Assembly (NCBI RefSeq): GCF_964213995.1
Contig: NC_135815.1
Coordinates: 42,222,001 to 42,286,000 of the forward strand
DNA length: 64,000 bases
Direction of reading: 5' to 3'
DNA from: Mustelus asterias
Lineage: Eukaryota
Positions 1-12,454 of the stretch are shown here, one piece after another. Positions within the stretch are counted from its first letter, which is position 1, and each line of letters begins with the position of its first letter. Under the pieces are notes generated by a model. The model saw nothing but the letters and a program-made list of their open reading frames with translations, did no database searches and had not been told where the DNA came from. The translations under genes and the position numbers were made by a program.

Positions 1-2199
1 GCTCACAACTCCATTCACTCCTTTTGCCACCTTAGAAGGGGTAGCACCCAATAGGTTGGGAGCTGCTTATTTATGTTTGGCTACCTAGCCAAAAGTTGCA
101 TGAAATCTAGCACAACTGTGCTCAGATTTAAACGGTAGCCAACATTTATTTTAAAACAGAAACCCTAGAACAAAATATTTAATAATACCTATTTTCCCCC
201 TTGATTCATAATATCATGGTATAATTACTAAGTTATAAGTATAATTACTAAGATAATCGACAGATAAGTTGCCTCTGATCTCAACACATCATTGTGAATA
301 TTCTGTAACATTCTTGAACATTAAAAAACTTCTAATATTTTGAGCAAATTGTTTCTATTGACTGCTATGATGCATTCATTCAGGCACAAAATGAAATAAA
401 GCTATGGTAATTATTTTTGACCTTCTATGGCCATTAAACTTATTTAGTTGAATGTATTTTGCATGCTGTTTTCGATAAAACCAGTACTGCACCAAAGAAT
501 GCAAGGGGTAGTTATCACAAGATGAGCAATTTGCTAGTGTAGTATTTGCATTATCTGAATGTTACATCTCCTAATGTCAGTGTAAATTGTTCTGACAGTT
601 CCTCAGGCCAATTAAGCCTCAATTTTAACTACCTTTTTTCCACATACATAAGTAGTTTCTCTGTGATAAGTTCCACCACAGCATCTGTCAATTCGTTTAA
701 TACAGCATCTGAACTAAGTTACATATTAATCAAGCAACAGCATGAAGAACAAATTCCAATAGTTATTGGATTTCTTTTGCACCTTCACAGTTCGAAAACG
801 AAAACGTCTGTAAACACTAGATTATCACAATTTACACAACATAAATAATAAATTACGTTGGTCTCTTCCCTCGCCACTCACAGGTTTTCCTTATGAACAG
901 TTCAAAAAAGCATGCATAATGCTGAGAAAAATTGGTCATTCTCATTAGACTTGTAAAATATCTGAATGCTATATTGAATCAATGCAAAAATAAACAAGTG
1001 TACCGCAAAGAGCCGACCAACTAATCAGGACTTTGTTGAAAACTCTGTAGACACTGAAGAACTTCATTTAAAAAAAAGTACTGTATGCACACTTCCATCC
1101 ATCAGAAGGCTGTAAGCCCCACTTGAACAAAATGTAAAATTGACAAAATTGAGGCACTATGGACGTTTCCCAGCATTTTAACTTGCATTGCATCAAAAAG
1201 GCAGTCTCCATAAATAGACTTAAGTTGTCTCCAAATCAAAAGTTGCAACTTTATGCATACTACAAGCCTATTAATCATCCCATAACTACACTGGCAACCA
1301 CTCTGCTTGTCCATCACATTAAGGTAAAATTAATAGTCAGATTTACAGTGTAAGATAATATAAAGAAACTGCAAAGCACAGCACAGTTGCTGACAATCAA
1401 TCGAGACAGAATTCTGCCAGTCACAGATCTATTCAAATTATATTTGTTTTTCTGCATTTTAAAAAAACACAAATCCAATGTCTTGCTGATTTTACTAAAA
1501 TTGTTTTACACAGCAGCTGGTTGAGATCAGTACGTCTCTACAAAAATCTACACCCCTGGCTAGCATATAAATATAACTTCAAAGGGAACTGTCCAACCTC
1601 TGTTTATATGGATTACTTAAGAAGAATTGGAAGTAAACCAATTTCTGTATTTACCATCCCACACAGGGGAAGTCTCTCATCCACTATCAGATATGTTACT
1701 TGGTTCTATGGGTATTAAAAATTAAAATCAGCAAATCTGTAAAGCAGTCCTTATGCCCTTCAATTTCACTTTGAAAACAATTTGATCTTCTCTTGCATCA
1801 GTTTTTCATTTCCTTTCTCACAATCAAAGGCCAACAAAGGACACTGTAGGGTTCATTTCTTATGTGAAAGCTTTTGATCAAAGACACGTGCTCTAACTTA
1901 TTTACAGTATTCTAGAAAACTACTGAAGGCTTCAAGATTTTATTGCTTTAAAAGAAACACAATGAGTTACACTTTATAAACCAGCGAGAATATTTTATTT
2001 ATTTTACTCATGCTTTCATTAATCTCACCTCTTAATGATGTGATTCATAGTTGTCAGTTTAAATATTAAAATTGCCAGCATAGTGTTTTCGGTCAGGCAT
2101 CTTATGGAGTCAAATATTCCTCAGGCCACACTCAATTACCATAAATGTTGGCCACAATAAAGACAGGACTGGCAGGATTTCTGAGGGGCAATGTCAGAG

Positions 2200-3510
2200 A
2201 ATCATAGGATAGTTACAGCGCACAAGGCCATTCAGCCTGTTGAATCTTCACCGACTCGCAATTCAGCGAAACTCATTCCCATGCTTTTCCAATAACCCTG
2301 CACATTGAATCTACCACCACCACCCTTGCGAACATTCCAAATCCTAATCACTCACCACATTAAAAAATGTCTTCTCATATTACCTTTGGCTGTTTTACTA
2401 ACCACCTTAAATCAGTACCCTCTGGTCCTTGACCTCTTTGCCAAAGGAAGGTTCTTCTCTATCTATTCTGTCTGGACCCGTCTACACAATTTGGCTTTAA
2501 CAAGTCAGTGCTACCTTTCCTTAATTAATCCACCTCGTCCAAATTACTTTTGTCAGGAATTTTCTTTTTTCAAGGTTTTCCCACCACCAAGATTAAATTG
2601 ACTAGCCTGTTGTTCTAGAGCTTTATCCTTACACCCCACTTTTGAACAAGGGTGTAACAGCTGCGATTCTTCAGTGTCCTGGTACCACCCATACATCCAA
2701 GGAGGATTGAAAATTTACGGCCAGTACCTCAACGATTTCCATCTGTACTTACTTCAGCATCCTTGGATGCATCCCATTCAGTCCTGATGTGTTATCCCTT
2801 TTAATTGCTGCCAGTCTTTCCAATACTTCCACTTTTGATCAATTATTAGCACATTCAATGTGTTAATCACCTCTTCCTTCACCATGACTTTGGCAGCATT
2901 TTCGTCCTTGGTGAAGACAGATTCAAAGTACTTTTTTAGTACCTCTGCCATGCCTTCTGCCTCCATGCATAGATTCCTTTTGGTCCCTAATTAGCCCCAA
3001 CACTCCTCTGACCATCCTTTTACTATTTATATGTCAATGGAAGACATTAGGATTCTCCTTTATATTAGTTGCCAGTCCCTTCCAATACTTCGCCTTTCTC
3101 CCACTTATATCCTTATTCACTGCCCCTCTGAACCATCTAGTCAGCCCTAGTTCTCACATATTATCAGCCTGGCCTCTGTCATAGGCATTCTTTTTCTGCT
3201 TTATCTTACTGCCATAACTTTATCATCATCAAGGTGGGCTTTTCTTGCCCCATCTTTCCCCTCCATGTGAATGCACCTCAACTGTACTCTAACCTTCGCC
3301 TCTTCATAAGCAACCTAGTGTTTGTCTTAAACAGTTTTGCCTGACAATCAGGTCTGTAATTGGCACAGAAAATGGCCCCCCTCTAATTATGTATTTTTAC
3401 TCAAGGAGCAATCTCATCTTTTTCCATAGCTAATCTAGATTTTATGAGACTATGATGACAATTCCTGTTCCCCTCACACTTGATCCACTTCAACCACCTA
3501 AATCCTCAGA
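2200..3510 (-). mobile_element. Degraded CR1-clade LINE remnant
   Basis: ORF 2778..2966 (EVLKKYFESVFTKDE...) and neighbouring sequence resemble CR1 ORF2; CR1-type 3' tail near 2200; many frameshifts. Confidence 0.7.
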
Positions 3511-3528
3511 ACTTATTGGGTCAGAAAG

Positions 3529-3740
3529 ATGTGGAGTTGCCGGTGTTGGACTGGGGTAGGCACAGTAAGTCGTCTCACAACACCAGGTTAAAGTCCAACA
3601 GGTTTATTTGGTAGCACGAGCTTTCGGAGCGCTGCTCCTTCATCAGGTGAGCACTCATCTGATGAAGGAGTGGCGTTCCGAAAGCTCGTGCTACCAAATA
3701 AACCTGTTGGACTTTAACCTGGTATTCTGAGACTACTTAC
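3529..3740. mobile_element. Palindromic Penelope-like element fragment with hammerhead motifs (copy 1)
   Basis: Long inverted arms; CTGATGA-GGAGC/GCTCC-GAAAGCTC core on both strands (3615-3649 minus, 3656-3690 plus); flanking duplication TGGGTCAGAAAG at 3517-3528 and 3741-3752. Confidence 0.8.
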
Positions 3741-3827
3741 TGGGTCAGAAAGAGGCTGATCAAAAAAAATCCTTCTGAACACATTTTAAAAGCTCTTCTC
3801 CTTATCTGACCTGTACAATATTGCTTT

Positions 3828-4055
3828 GATGTGGAGATGCCGGCGTTGGACTGGGGTAAGCACAGTAAGAAGTCTCACAACACCAGGTTAAAGTCCAACA
3901 GGTTTATTTGGTAGCAAATACCATAAGCTTTCGGAGCAATGCTCCTTCGTCAGATGGAGTGGACTCCATCTGACGAAGGAGCATTGCTCCGAAAGCTTAT
4001 GGTATTTGCTACCAAATAAACCTGTTGGACTTTAACCTGGTGTTGTGAGACTTCT
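3828..4055. mobile_element. Palindromic Penelope-like element fragment with hammerhead motifs (copy 2)
   Basis: 96-bp inverted arms 3865-3960 / 3963-4058; core CCAT-CTGACGA-A-GGAGCattGCTCC-GAAAGCTT-ATGG on both strands; TSD TACAATATTGCTTT at 3814-3827 and 4056-4069. Confidence 0.85.
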
Positions 4056-4989
4056 TACAATATTGCTTTCCCAGTTTCTATTAGGATAATTTAAGTCCTC
4101 CATTATCACTACACTTACCATTCTTACTCCTCTCTTATTTCCTTGCAAATTTGCTCCTCTGTATCTTTGTAAAGACACCTATTGTTTCTTAACTATGCTG
4201 CCCTTTGTTGCTCCAGGACATTATCTCCTTCAAACGCTATAATATTCCCCCAAATCACTGCTACCAATCCATCTCCTTTATTTTCTTCCCCATCTGTCCT
4301 GAACACACTGTACTCAGGAAGATCTGACTTGGTCCACCTCTTAGAGTTGCATCATAACAAAGGGAGGGTTGGGATGACAGGTACAGGAAGTTTCGGCTCC
4401 TCTCCATTCTAAGTTAACATTGGAGCAGATACATAGCAGAACATGGTTCTGCCGAAATTCCAGGCCCACCACCCAACCCAATACCCCCTGAAAACTTGTA
4501 TCACTGGATCATCATGCTGTCATCCCAGCCCAAAGAATTGCAAGGAACAGGAGTTTATGCTCAATTCCTATACGAGCTCCAGTGCCTACCTTAGCAGTAA
4601 AACAAGATTCACCATTAACCATTCTGTCTGCTATCCCAGATTATTAAATTTATTCATTCAAGGTCTTGTTCAGCTCATACAATACGAGAGCTTCTCTAAG
4701 AAAGCTGACTCTGTGTTCAACACAAAAATAAAAGTAACAAATATTCACATAAATCTAAAGATAGAATCTGTCCACAAAAACTTTGATAATTTTCTCCAGC
4801 ATTTATCTGGTGCACACTCCAATAGTGTTAAAAAAATATAGATAGGACAGGCAAGTTCCAAACATAATCACAGATATAACACAGTAGAAATTTCTGCCAA
4901 ACACATGTTAGAAACTGTCAACTGGGTAGATGCAAGTTAAACAGCTACGGCAGTGTTTTTTTTGGTAAAGGAAACCTTTTCATGCTACA

Positions 4990-6110
4990 AATGTCACGCT
5001 GAATTATGAACTTGGGAGGGGGAAGATTGTGTGCGGGGATGGGGGAGGGCAAAGCAACAAGTGTCCAGGACAGGAAGAGGGCCCAGGGATAAGGGAGCAT
5101 GCGGCAAAGGAGAGCATGCAGCGTAGTGTGGTGTGGAGAGAATGTGCAGGTGGGAGTGGGGGTGGGGTGCCAAAGGAGCACACGAGAGCAGGATCTGGGT
5201 GAGCCTCGGTGTGAGACAGACTGGCAAAATGTGGGATGGCAGGAGAGCCCATGAGACGGGGTGAGGAATGGGGTGCGAGTTAAATTCACAGGATGTTGGG
5301 TTGAGGGCTGTGCAAGCTTCCAACTGTGATTGGTGTTGGGAAGGGGGAGCACACACAATTGGGTGTGGGGGAGGGGGAGTATGTCATGGCTTGGTGGAAA
5401 GGTAGCACATGCAAAGGGTTTGGTAGGCAGGACCGCATGCCATTTTGGCAGGAAGGAGGCCATGTGAGACAGGGCCTGGAGGAACATACAGAGCAGATGG
5501 GGTGAGGAGTGAAGGCACGCAAGCAGAAAGGTTTTGAGGCAGCCGCTCTCATCAGAAATTGGGAAGTGAGCAAGCTGGAAGGGGCGGAGGAAAGAATCAT
5601 ACACACTGCAAGAAGTAGGTAGCTCCCACATGGCAGTGGTTGGGGTGTGCTTAAGAGACATGGGGTGGAAGAACAGGTTTGCTGGCACAACGGGGAATGC
5701 AGGAATGCATGAGCACAGACATGGCAGGGGCTAGGAAGCACAGCACTGACACAGCTAGAGATGTAAGAAAGGGGGAGGGCACACTCAGCAGGCGATTGGG
5801 TTTGTGTGCACGGTGGTGGGATAGCTTAAGCGACAGAGTTGAGGGGAGGGAGAGTTTGTACGACAAGTTTTAGGGAAGGGGCAACATGTGCACCACAGAC
5901 TGCGGGGAACCTTTGCAGCAGGGGTTGTAGGAATGCTAAAGTGGAAAGGTGGTCACATAGTCCCAGCGGGTTGAAAGGGGGGGGATAGGGGATATGGGGG
6001 TGTAGTCAGGTTGCATGGGCTGCACGCAGCGGGTTCTGCAAGTTGCAGCGACAGGATCAAGTGCCCATGAGAGGGAAAGCACATGCACTTGCAGTCACTG
6101 ACCCTTGCAA
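4990..6110. repeat. G/purine-rich low-complexity tract
   Basis: Strong G-skew on + strand producing overlapping Pro/His/Ser-rich spurious ORFs on the minus strand. Confidence 0.55.
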
Positions 6111-8454
6111 GTGAGCAAGAGCAAGCCAGAGAGGAAACAAACAGAGAAAAATATAAATTTTATGAAAATTGAGAGTAGGTAGTAGACAAACTAGATTGAT
6201 CTTTCAACAATTTCTGGTATATTCACAAAATCAGAAATGCTTTCTGACCTAAAGTGAAGCTAATTTTGAAATGCTTAGTGAATTAGTTTAATCACCAATT
6301 TAAAAAGCACAATTAAGCTTTGGATGTTGAAATTAGGCAAACATGAACAGGACCCAACAACTCTAACATTCTATTTCTTTTAAATAAAATTACTAAATAC
6401 TACTGTATTGCTGCCACATGGTTTTTACACCACACACCGCAAGTATGATATGGAACCTTTTAAGACTTCAACACATCCCAAAGCACTTCAAAACCAATGG
6501 TGAAGCAGACTAGAAGAACCTGTTACTTCAATTACTTGGCCTATATAATGAGGACTTTAGTAAATGGGAATATTTTCCCCCCAATATTTCCTGACTAATA
6601 TTCTCCTTCTCCTCTTGAAAAGACCGACTCTTGCATTGCTCCAGAGCCCAACAATACCTCAAGTGGCCAAGCCCCATCCATTCATTTCTCACCAAAACTA
6701 TCATTGGGATCATTGGACAGTGTTCAGGAGCAGAACTGTAGTCAAATGTGCCTCTTGATACCAGGGGTAGCAGTCCAAACTCAAATACTACACCAGAGGA
6801 GAATTATTTAAGCAGTTCTCTAATATGAAAGACTACCATCCTGTGAAAGAATGTTGATTAACAAAATATCATCACTACATATCACTTCAACATTTTAAAA
6901 ACAAATAGGGAACAGCAAATCATGAATTACTCGCAAGGTTGCTGCTGAATCAAATCATGCATCAAGCATTGCAGAGCAACGCGAAAAAGGTTTGAAACAT
7001 TATTTGTGTTTACCTCAGGATTAAAGTTATGTAACACCCTCAGGCTGCTTTACCATATTAAAGTCACTTTCTTAATAACAAGTGCATATGTTGATGGTGA
7101 TAGCTGATAGTATACATAACATCCAATCGGATAATGTTAAAATCTATTAGTCCGTAGAGACATTCAGAAAATAGCTACCCTCAATGCTGAAATTAGATTT
7201 GATTGCCAGAAAATTTTGTCTATCATATATTTCATAGCTATTTTTATGCACACATTTATGTAACTGCAGGCACTGTACAATTCATCCAAAATTCATTATT
7301 TGTTACATAATCGGATGAATATGTTTATAATATTTGGGTATCAGAATTATTTGCATTTTAACATAAAAACAATACACCTACCCATAACACCATTTTAAAC
7401 TTCAAATGGGAAACAAGGATTGTTTGAAATTATTTACTTTTGACATATTATTTGCTTTTGACACAATAAATATCTCAAGGTGTTTCACAGAGAAGAAACC
7501 AAAACTGAGTAATAATACAAGACCTATAGAGATAATTAATAATTAGGTTGATAAGATTGGTGTTGAAGAGGCTTCTGAAGGTTGGAAGTGAGGTTTAGGA
7601 AAATAATTTGAGGGGGGGGGTCGAGACTGGTAAATGCTGCGCCACACTATGATGGAACGGGGTGGAGAGGAAAGTAAAAGCAGATCGTAGAGGCCCTGTC
7701 AGAAGGCCAACTTACATTTGTATTGCACCTTTCACAATAAAATGCCTACTGTGACATGCCTAGAGACTTGTAAAAAAAAGTATGACACTGAGTCACATAA
7801 GGAGATATTAGGTCAGATGACAAAAAGCTTGGTCAAAGAGGTAGGTTTCAAGGGGTGTCTTTGAGGAAAGTAAGTCGAGGTGGAGAAGTGTAGGATCAAA
7901 GGACAGACTGAGAGGCATAGATAGAAAGCCAGTTCATCCAAAATTCAAGTAAATGAATGTAAAGATATGAATGTGGAGATGGTGAAGCCAAAAAAGGGCG
8001 ACAAGTGGGTTGTTAGTACAGGATAAGTTGCAGACAGTGAAGTTTTAGACAAGTTGCAATTCATGCAGGATAAAAGGGGGAAAGAATGCATTCCATCTCA
8101 TTGTTGCTGTAAGCAATTTCAGTGCAAATACATTAAGGAAGGAAATGTCATAGGACGCATTCAAACATTGGAAAAAGTGAGTCAAAAAGATGGATGAAAG
8201 CTCACCTATGAGAAATGACTGACATTTGTTTTTTTAGAAATGTACTACTTGCTTTCCTTGAAATTAAAACTGGGAGAGGGAAAAATAAACTAATGTCTAT
8301 TACAATTTTAGTTTCAATTGACCACAGGTTGATCATTTTTACTACATTGATACCTCCTTTTTATGCAAGTACATAAAAAAACAGAACTTGTATAAATTTA
8401 TAAATCAAAATAAAATTTTTGAAAATTTCAACCAGTTCTCCACTACCACCCATT

Positions 8455-8635
8455 GAAGACAAAGTCATTGTATATACTTAAAGGCTGAGACAGATAGATA
8501 TTTGAACAGTAAGGGAATCAAGGGCTATGGAGAAAGAGCAGGAAGGTGGATGTGAGGAACGCTGGATCAGCCATGATTCTATTGAATGGCAGAGCTGGCT
8601 CGAGGGGCCAAACAGCCTATTCCTGTCCTTTATAG
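8455..8635 (+). mobile_element. CR1 LINE 3' end fragment
   Basis: GATCAGCCATGAT...GAATGGCAGAGC...AGGGGCC tail, shared with 21150-21240. Confidence 0.7.
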
Positions 8636-9289
8636 TTTTACATCATTTAAGTAAATCTCCAACTTCAACGTTCACAATTGCAGCAGCTCTGACACAAATC
8701 AGTATTCTCCATCATTGAGAAAAGCAAAAAATATTGTTTTTACTTCACAGTAATACATTTTTATAAAACTAACTCTGAAACACTATAGCAAGTTAGTAGT
8801 GAACTGTATCACCTACATAGAAAAATTATGCCATTGTAAAAAGTGTACATGTCAAATTGCTCAATATTAAGAAACAACCTCAAACAAAAAATAATGCACA
8901 TATTTGAACAATCTCAAGAAATCTCATCTTAAAATGGAATTCCAGTACTTAAAGCATTTAAAGAACTGTAAAGTTGAAATCTACATTTTAAGATAATTTG
9001 ATGACGCTGAAGATTGATAAATTAATTTAGTTTCGGACATGTAAATTATCTCAGTCACTCAATTTTCAAGGAAGGGGTAAACACCTTTATCAGAAGCAAA
9101 TAATTATCATAGGCAGAGGTGGGAGAATCTGGTGAAAACAGTGAATTTCAATACTTCTCAGGTGAGAATCAGGAGTACAGTTCCCAAACTTCAATATTAT
9201 TATGGGTTAGAAGGGCTGAAGGGACTAGATGGGCTGAAGGGATACAGTATCAAGTCCAAGGATCACAATATTTTTCAGAGCGAGTTCTG

Positions 9290-10490
9290 AAGTCTCTGAA
9301 AGTATTGATTTTATTGGTGAAATGGGGGGGTATTGATTTTTATTGGTGGAATGGGGGGGGGGCGGAGCAAGAGAATAAATTCTGAACCAAGAAATTTAAA
9401 ACCAATGACAGTATCATTTGTGAATGGCAAATAGTCTCCAAACAATGGCACTTCTATCGGTGGACTAACATTTTTCATCTCATTATAGAATAATCTGAAT
9501 TATATAGGTGTAAGGGAGATACTTTGATGAGCAAGTTGGGGGGAGGGCAATATCTCCAAATCACAATACATTGATGGGTTGGTACGGCCCAAATGCTGAT
9601 ACTTATATTGGTGTGTAAAGGATTAAATTCTATTAAAAGTACAAAAGGTGTGTGGTCTGTACGTTGTCGGATGGGGACAGATTTTTAAACTTCAGTATCT
9701 TGACGGATGAAGCGGTATCTGAAACTTTGATATTTTGATGAGAGAAAAGTTGGTCTCTGAATTTAAGTGTCCAAAACTGGATGGGTGATGGGGTGTTAGG
9801 AGTGTTAGGATACTTGTTAGGAGAATAAGGGTACAAAAGGCATTTTGATGTGTGACTACAGGTGATCTCTGAACATTGACATTTTGATGGGTGCCATGAT
9901 GTGGAGATGCCAGCCTTGGACGGGGGTGGCACAGTATGAAGTCTCACAACACCAGGTTAAAGTCCAACAGGTCTATTTGGAATCACGAGCTTTCGGAGCA
10001 CTGCTCCTTCATCAGGTGAGCCTCCTGATCAAAAAGCAGTACTCCAAAAGCTCGTGATTCCAAATAAACCTGTTGGACTTTAACCTGGTGTTGAGAGACT
10101 TATTTTAATGGGCGCGTAGGGGGCAATCTTTGAACCTGAATACTTGGGTGGGTGTGATCTATGAAGCTTAATGTTTCGATGGGGAGGGTCGGGTATTCTC
10201 TGAAACTTGATATTGTGTTGTGTCGCTAGGGGTGGTCTCAACCTCTATATTGTCATTTGGTGAGTATAGGTATTCTCTGAAACTCGATATTTTGATGAGT
10301 GAACGAGGGTCGTTTCTGAAGATGGATATTTCGATTGGTGGGTTGGGATGCTTTTCTGAGCTGATATTTTAAATGGACGAGTGGGGCCCACGGTGCATTC
10401 GATATTTTAAATATGCAAGTGGTGGGTAATCTTCAAACCTGGGCATTTTAATGCGCCAGTCGGGGTGGATATTTTGACTGGGCGGGCGGG
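9290..10490. repeat. Degenerate ~35-40 bp tandem repeat (TCTCTGAAACTTGATATTTTGATGGGTG-like)
   Basis: Related units near 9291, 9716, 9866, 10197, 10273, 10315, 10355, 10399, 10431, 10467. Confidence 0.6.
9898..10101. mobile_element. Palindromic Penelope-like element fragment (copy 3)
   Basis: Same family as 3529-3740; intact hammerhead core on minus arm (9984-10018), decayed core on plus arm; degenerate flanking duplication ATTTTRATGGGYGC. Confidence 0.75.
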
Positions 10491-10519
10491 AGGTTGGGTT
10501 AGTGCAAGGACCTCGGTAC

Positions 10520-10679
10520 CTTTGAGGGGTGGGAGAAGCAGGATCTCGACCGGGCTGCTCCGACTCCTGAACTGCGACGATCCCTGCGATCTCTTCTGCC
10601 TGGCCGCTTTCCGCACGGATTTCCTGGTGAAACCATCCACTTTTTCCGCCGCTGTCACCACGGCTGCCGCCGCCGACAT
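10520..10679 (-). CDS. PPP2R5A: PP2A regulatory subunit B56-alpha, first coding exon (gene continues beyond left edge)
   Basis: ATG 10679-10677; [53 protein letters not shown] matches the B56-alpha N-terminus; phase-1 GT donor after 10520; synteny with DTL and INTS7. Confidence 0.93.
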
Positions 10680-10879
10680 CTTATCAAAAATAAAAACTGG
10701 CGACCACACGGGCAGGGAAATTAGCGGGGAGGGGGAAACAGCGGGCGGTGAACCGTGTATATGTAAATCGGATCCAGTAAAAGGTTTAAACCTTTTACTT
10801 TAAAGTAACCGTCTGCGGGGGGGGGGGGCTGGTTAAAGAGGAGGAGCAATTTTTTCTAAAGTGCAGGCGATAATACGGG

Positions 10880-11760
10880 AGAAGTTAATGTTGGCGGCGA
10901 GGGCCGGAGCTCCAGTCTCCCCCCCCCCCCCGCCCCAGGCCCTCGCGGCCTGCTCCGCTCCACTGGCCCCCCCCCCCCCCCCCCCGGGAGTGGCTGTCGG
11001 CCGTTCCTCACCCCGAGCTGACTAACACGCTGTCAATACCCGCGACCTATCGCCTTCACTCGCAGCAGCAGCTCTCTGCGTGTCCATCAACGGACAGGGC
11101 CGATAACCACCTTCCCCGCAAAACAACAACAAATTTTCGTTCCCACCGTTTTTTCTAACCTCCTCCCCCCCGCCAACGGCCTGAAACCTGCTCAAGGGTC
11201 AATGGTGGCTTTAAAAAAAATTTTTTTTAAAAAAAACACACGTTAAAAAAAGGGGGGGCGCCAACTGCCGCCGCGCGCGCTCCAAAACACTCAGCTTCAA
11301 CCAATCTTGTCCAGCGGAAGTGTGGGGGGGGAATGGCCGTGATTGGCGTGCGCTTCGACCAATGGGCAATGGGAAAACGACATTCCCTCGAGCGCGTCCG
11401 CGCTGTTGTTGTCGTCACCTGGCCAATCAGGAGAGTTGGAGAGGCCGGGGGGGGGGGAGCCACGCAACCGACTTCGGTTGGCGGAGGCCATATTGTTTGG
11501 AGGGCGTGTGATAACTGAAGGTCGATGTGATTGGCTGTCGGGTTGTGGGTGCTCGCGCCGTGTTGTTGTGGGTATGTCGAGGTATTTGTGTGCGTGCGCG
11601 CGAGAGCGAGCGAGCGAGTGGTGTGTGTGCGCGCGCGAGCGAGAGAGCGAGCAGTGCGTGTGCGCGAGAGAGCGCCAGGAGGGAATGTTGTTGTCATCTT
11701 TCCACTTTAAATCATGTACTCGGGCACTTTTCGGTTCGCTGGGCTTTATGTCCATTCGCT
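10880..11760 (-). promoter_or_regulatory. CpG-island promoter / 5' region of PPP2R5A
   Basis: High GC and CpG; CCAAT boxes near 11301, 11342, 11359, 11423, 11530 (both orientations); ETS-like CGGAAGT near 11315; (GCGA)/(GT) microsatellite 11588-11675. Confidence 0.75.
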
Positions 11761-11960
11761 GAGGTGATTTTGCCCCCCCTAGTTATGAACGGCGTTTTGA
11801 TTTTGGTTTCCCCCATTGTGGTACGTTATTGAGGTTAATTTCGAAAATGCTGAATTTAACTCTGCACAAGTTTCTTTGTCACTGTACAGGTTGTTGTGGA
11901 TAGTTGGTGGCATCTTGCATTCGTGATACTTCCTGTAGTGTAGTGGTTATCACGTTCCCA

Positions 11961-12033
11961 CTTTCTGTAGTGTAGTGGTTATCACGTTCGCCCCACACGC
12001 GAAAGGTCCCCGGTTCGAAACTGGGCAGAAACA
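11961..12033 (+). tRNA. tRNA-Val(CAC)-derived gene, probably a pseudogene
   Basis: 73-nt match to vertebrate tRNA-Val-CAC with intact A and B boxes; G1 changed to C (C1-C72 mismatch), U33 changed to C; no oligo-T terminator immediately downstream. Confidence 0.8.
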
Positions 12034-12049
12034 TTCAATATAGTTCTGG

Positions 12050-12342
12050 CAGTGGTTCCCAAAGGGCGCGGTGCGGCAAGTGTGGCGGGAAGATTCAAGG
12101 ACAATCAAAGAAACATTTAAACATGGATTAGATATTTTTCCAAAGTGATTGTTTTATGCTTTCCGAATGTCCCATGATCATATTATAAAGTAGTTGTGTT
12201 CTATATTATGAATCAAGCACTGCTAGGAGTTGTTTTTCTTTGTTTTTGAATGTATTTCTTATATCAATTAAAAATTTGGTGTGGCGCGAGCAAATTTTTA
12301 TTCTGAAAGTGCAGCCCAGTGAAAAAAGTTTGGGAACCACTG
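12050..12342. mobile_element. Non-autonomous hAT (Charlie-like) MITE
   Basis: 14-bp terminal inverted repeats CAGTGGTTCCCAAA (12050-12063) / TTTGGGAACCACTG (12329-12342); imperfect 8-bp flanks AGTTCTGG / CCTTATGG. Confidence 0.75.
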
Positions 12343-12454
12343 CCTTATGGGATAACAGGCTCAAACACATGTTACCTTTTAGAAAATTAACACGGTAAGC
12401 TTAACGAAGTTAATTGCAATTTACTTTTTGTTACAGAAAGCAATGTACTTGAAA

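Noticed and set aside
633-708. Possible 76-nt cryptic PPP2R5A exon on the minus strand (AG...GTAGTT; DAVLNELTDAVVELITEKLLMYVEK)
   Set aside because: Does not match B56-alpha exon 2, would shift frame, and has weak splice sites; needs RNA-seq.
1159-1353. ORF with KLQLYAYYK, reminiscent of acyl-CoA-binding domains
   Set aside because: Short match only; the rest of the domain and a splice donor at the expected place are missing.
3529-4058. Hairpins as miRNA precursors, terminators or a CRISPR-like array
   Set aside because: TSDs, dispersed family membership and PLE-type hammerhead cores explain them; no repeat-spacer structure and the context is vertebrate.
4945-5873. Overlapping long ORFs up to 247 aa
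   Set aside because: Result of G-skewed low-complexity DNA lacking stop codons; no recognisable domain.
10465-11832. Antisense and GC-rich ORFs around PPP2R5A exon 1 and promoter
   Set aside because: Shadow ORFs of a CpG island and microsatellite.
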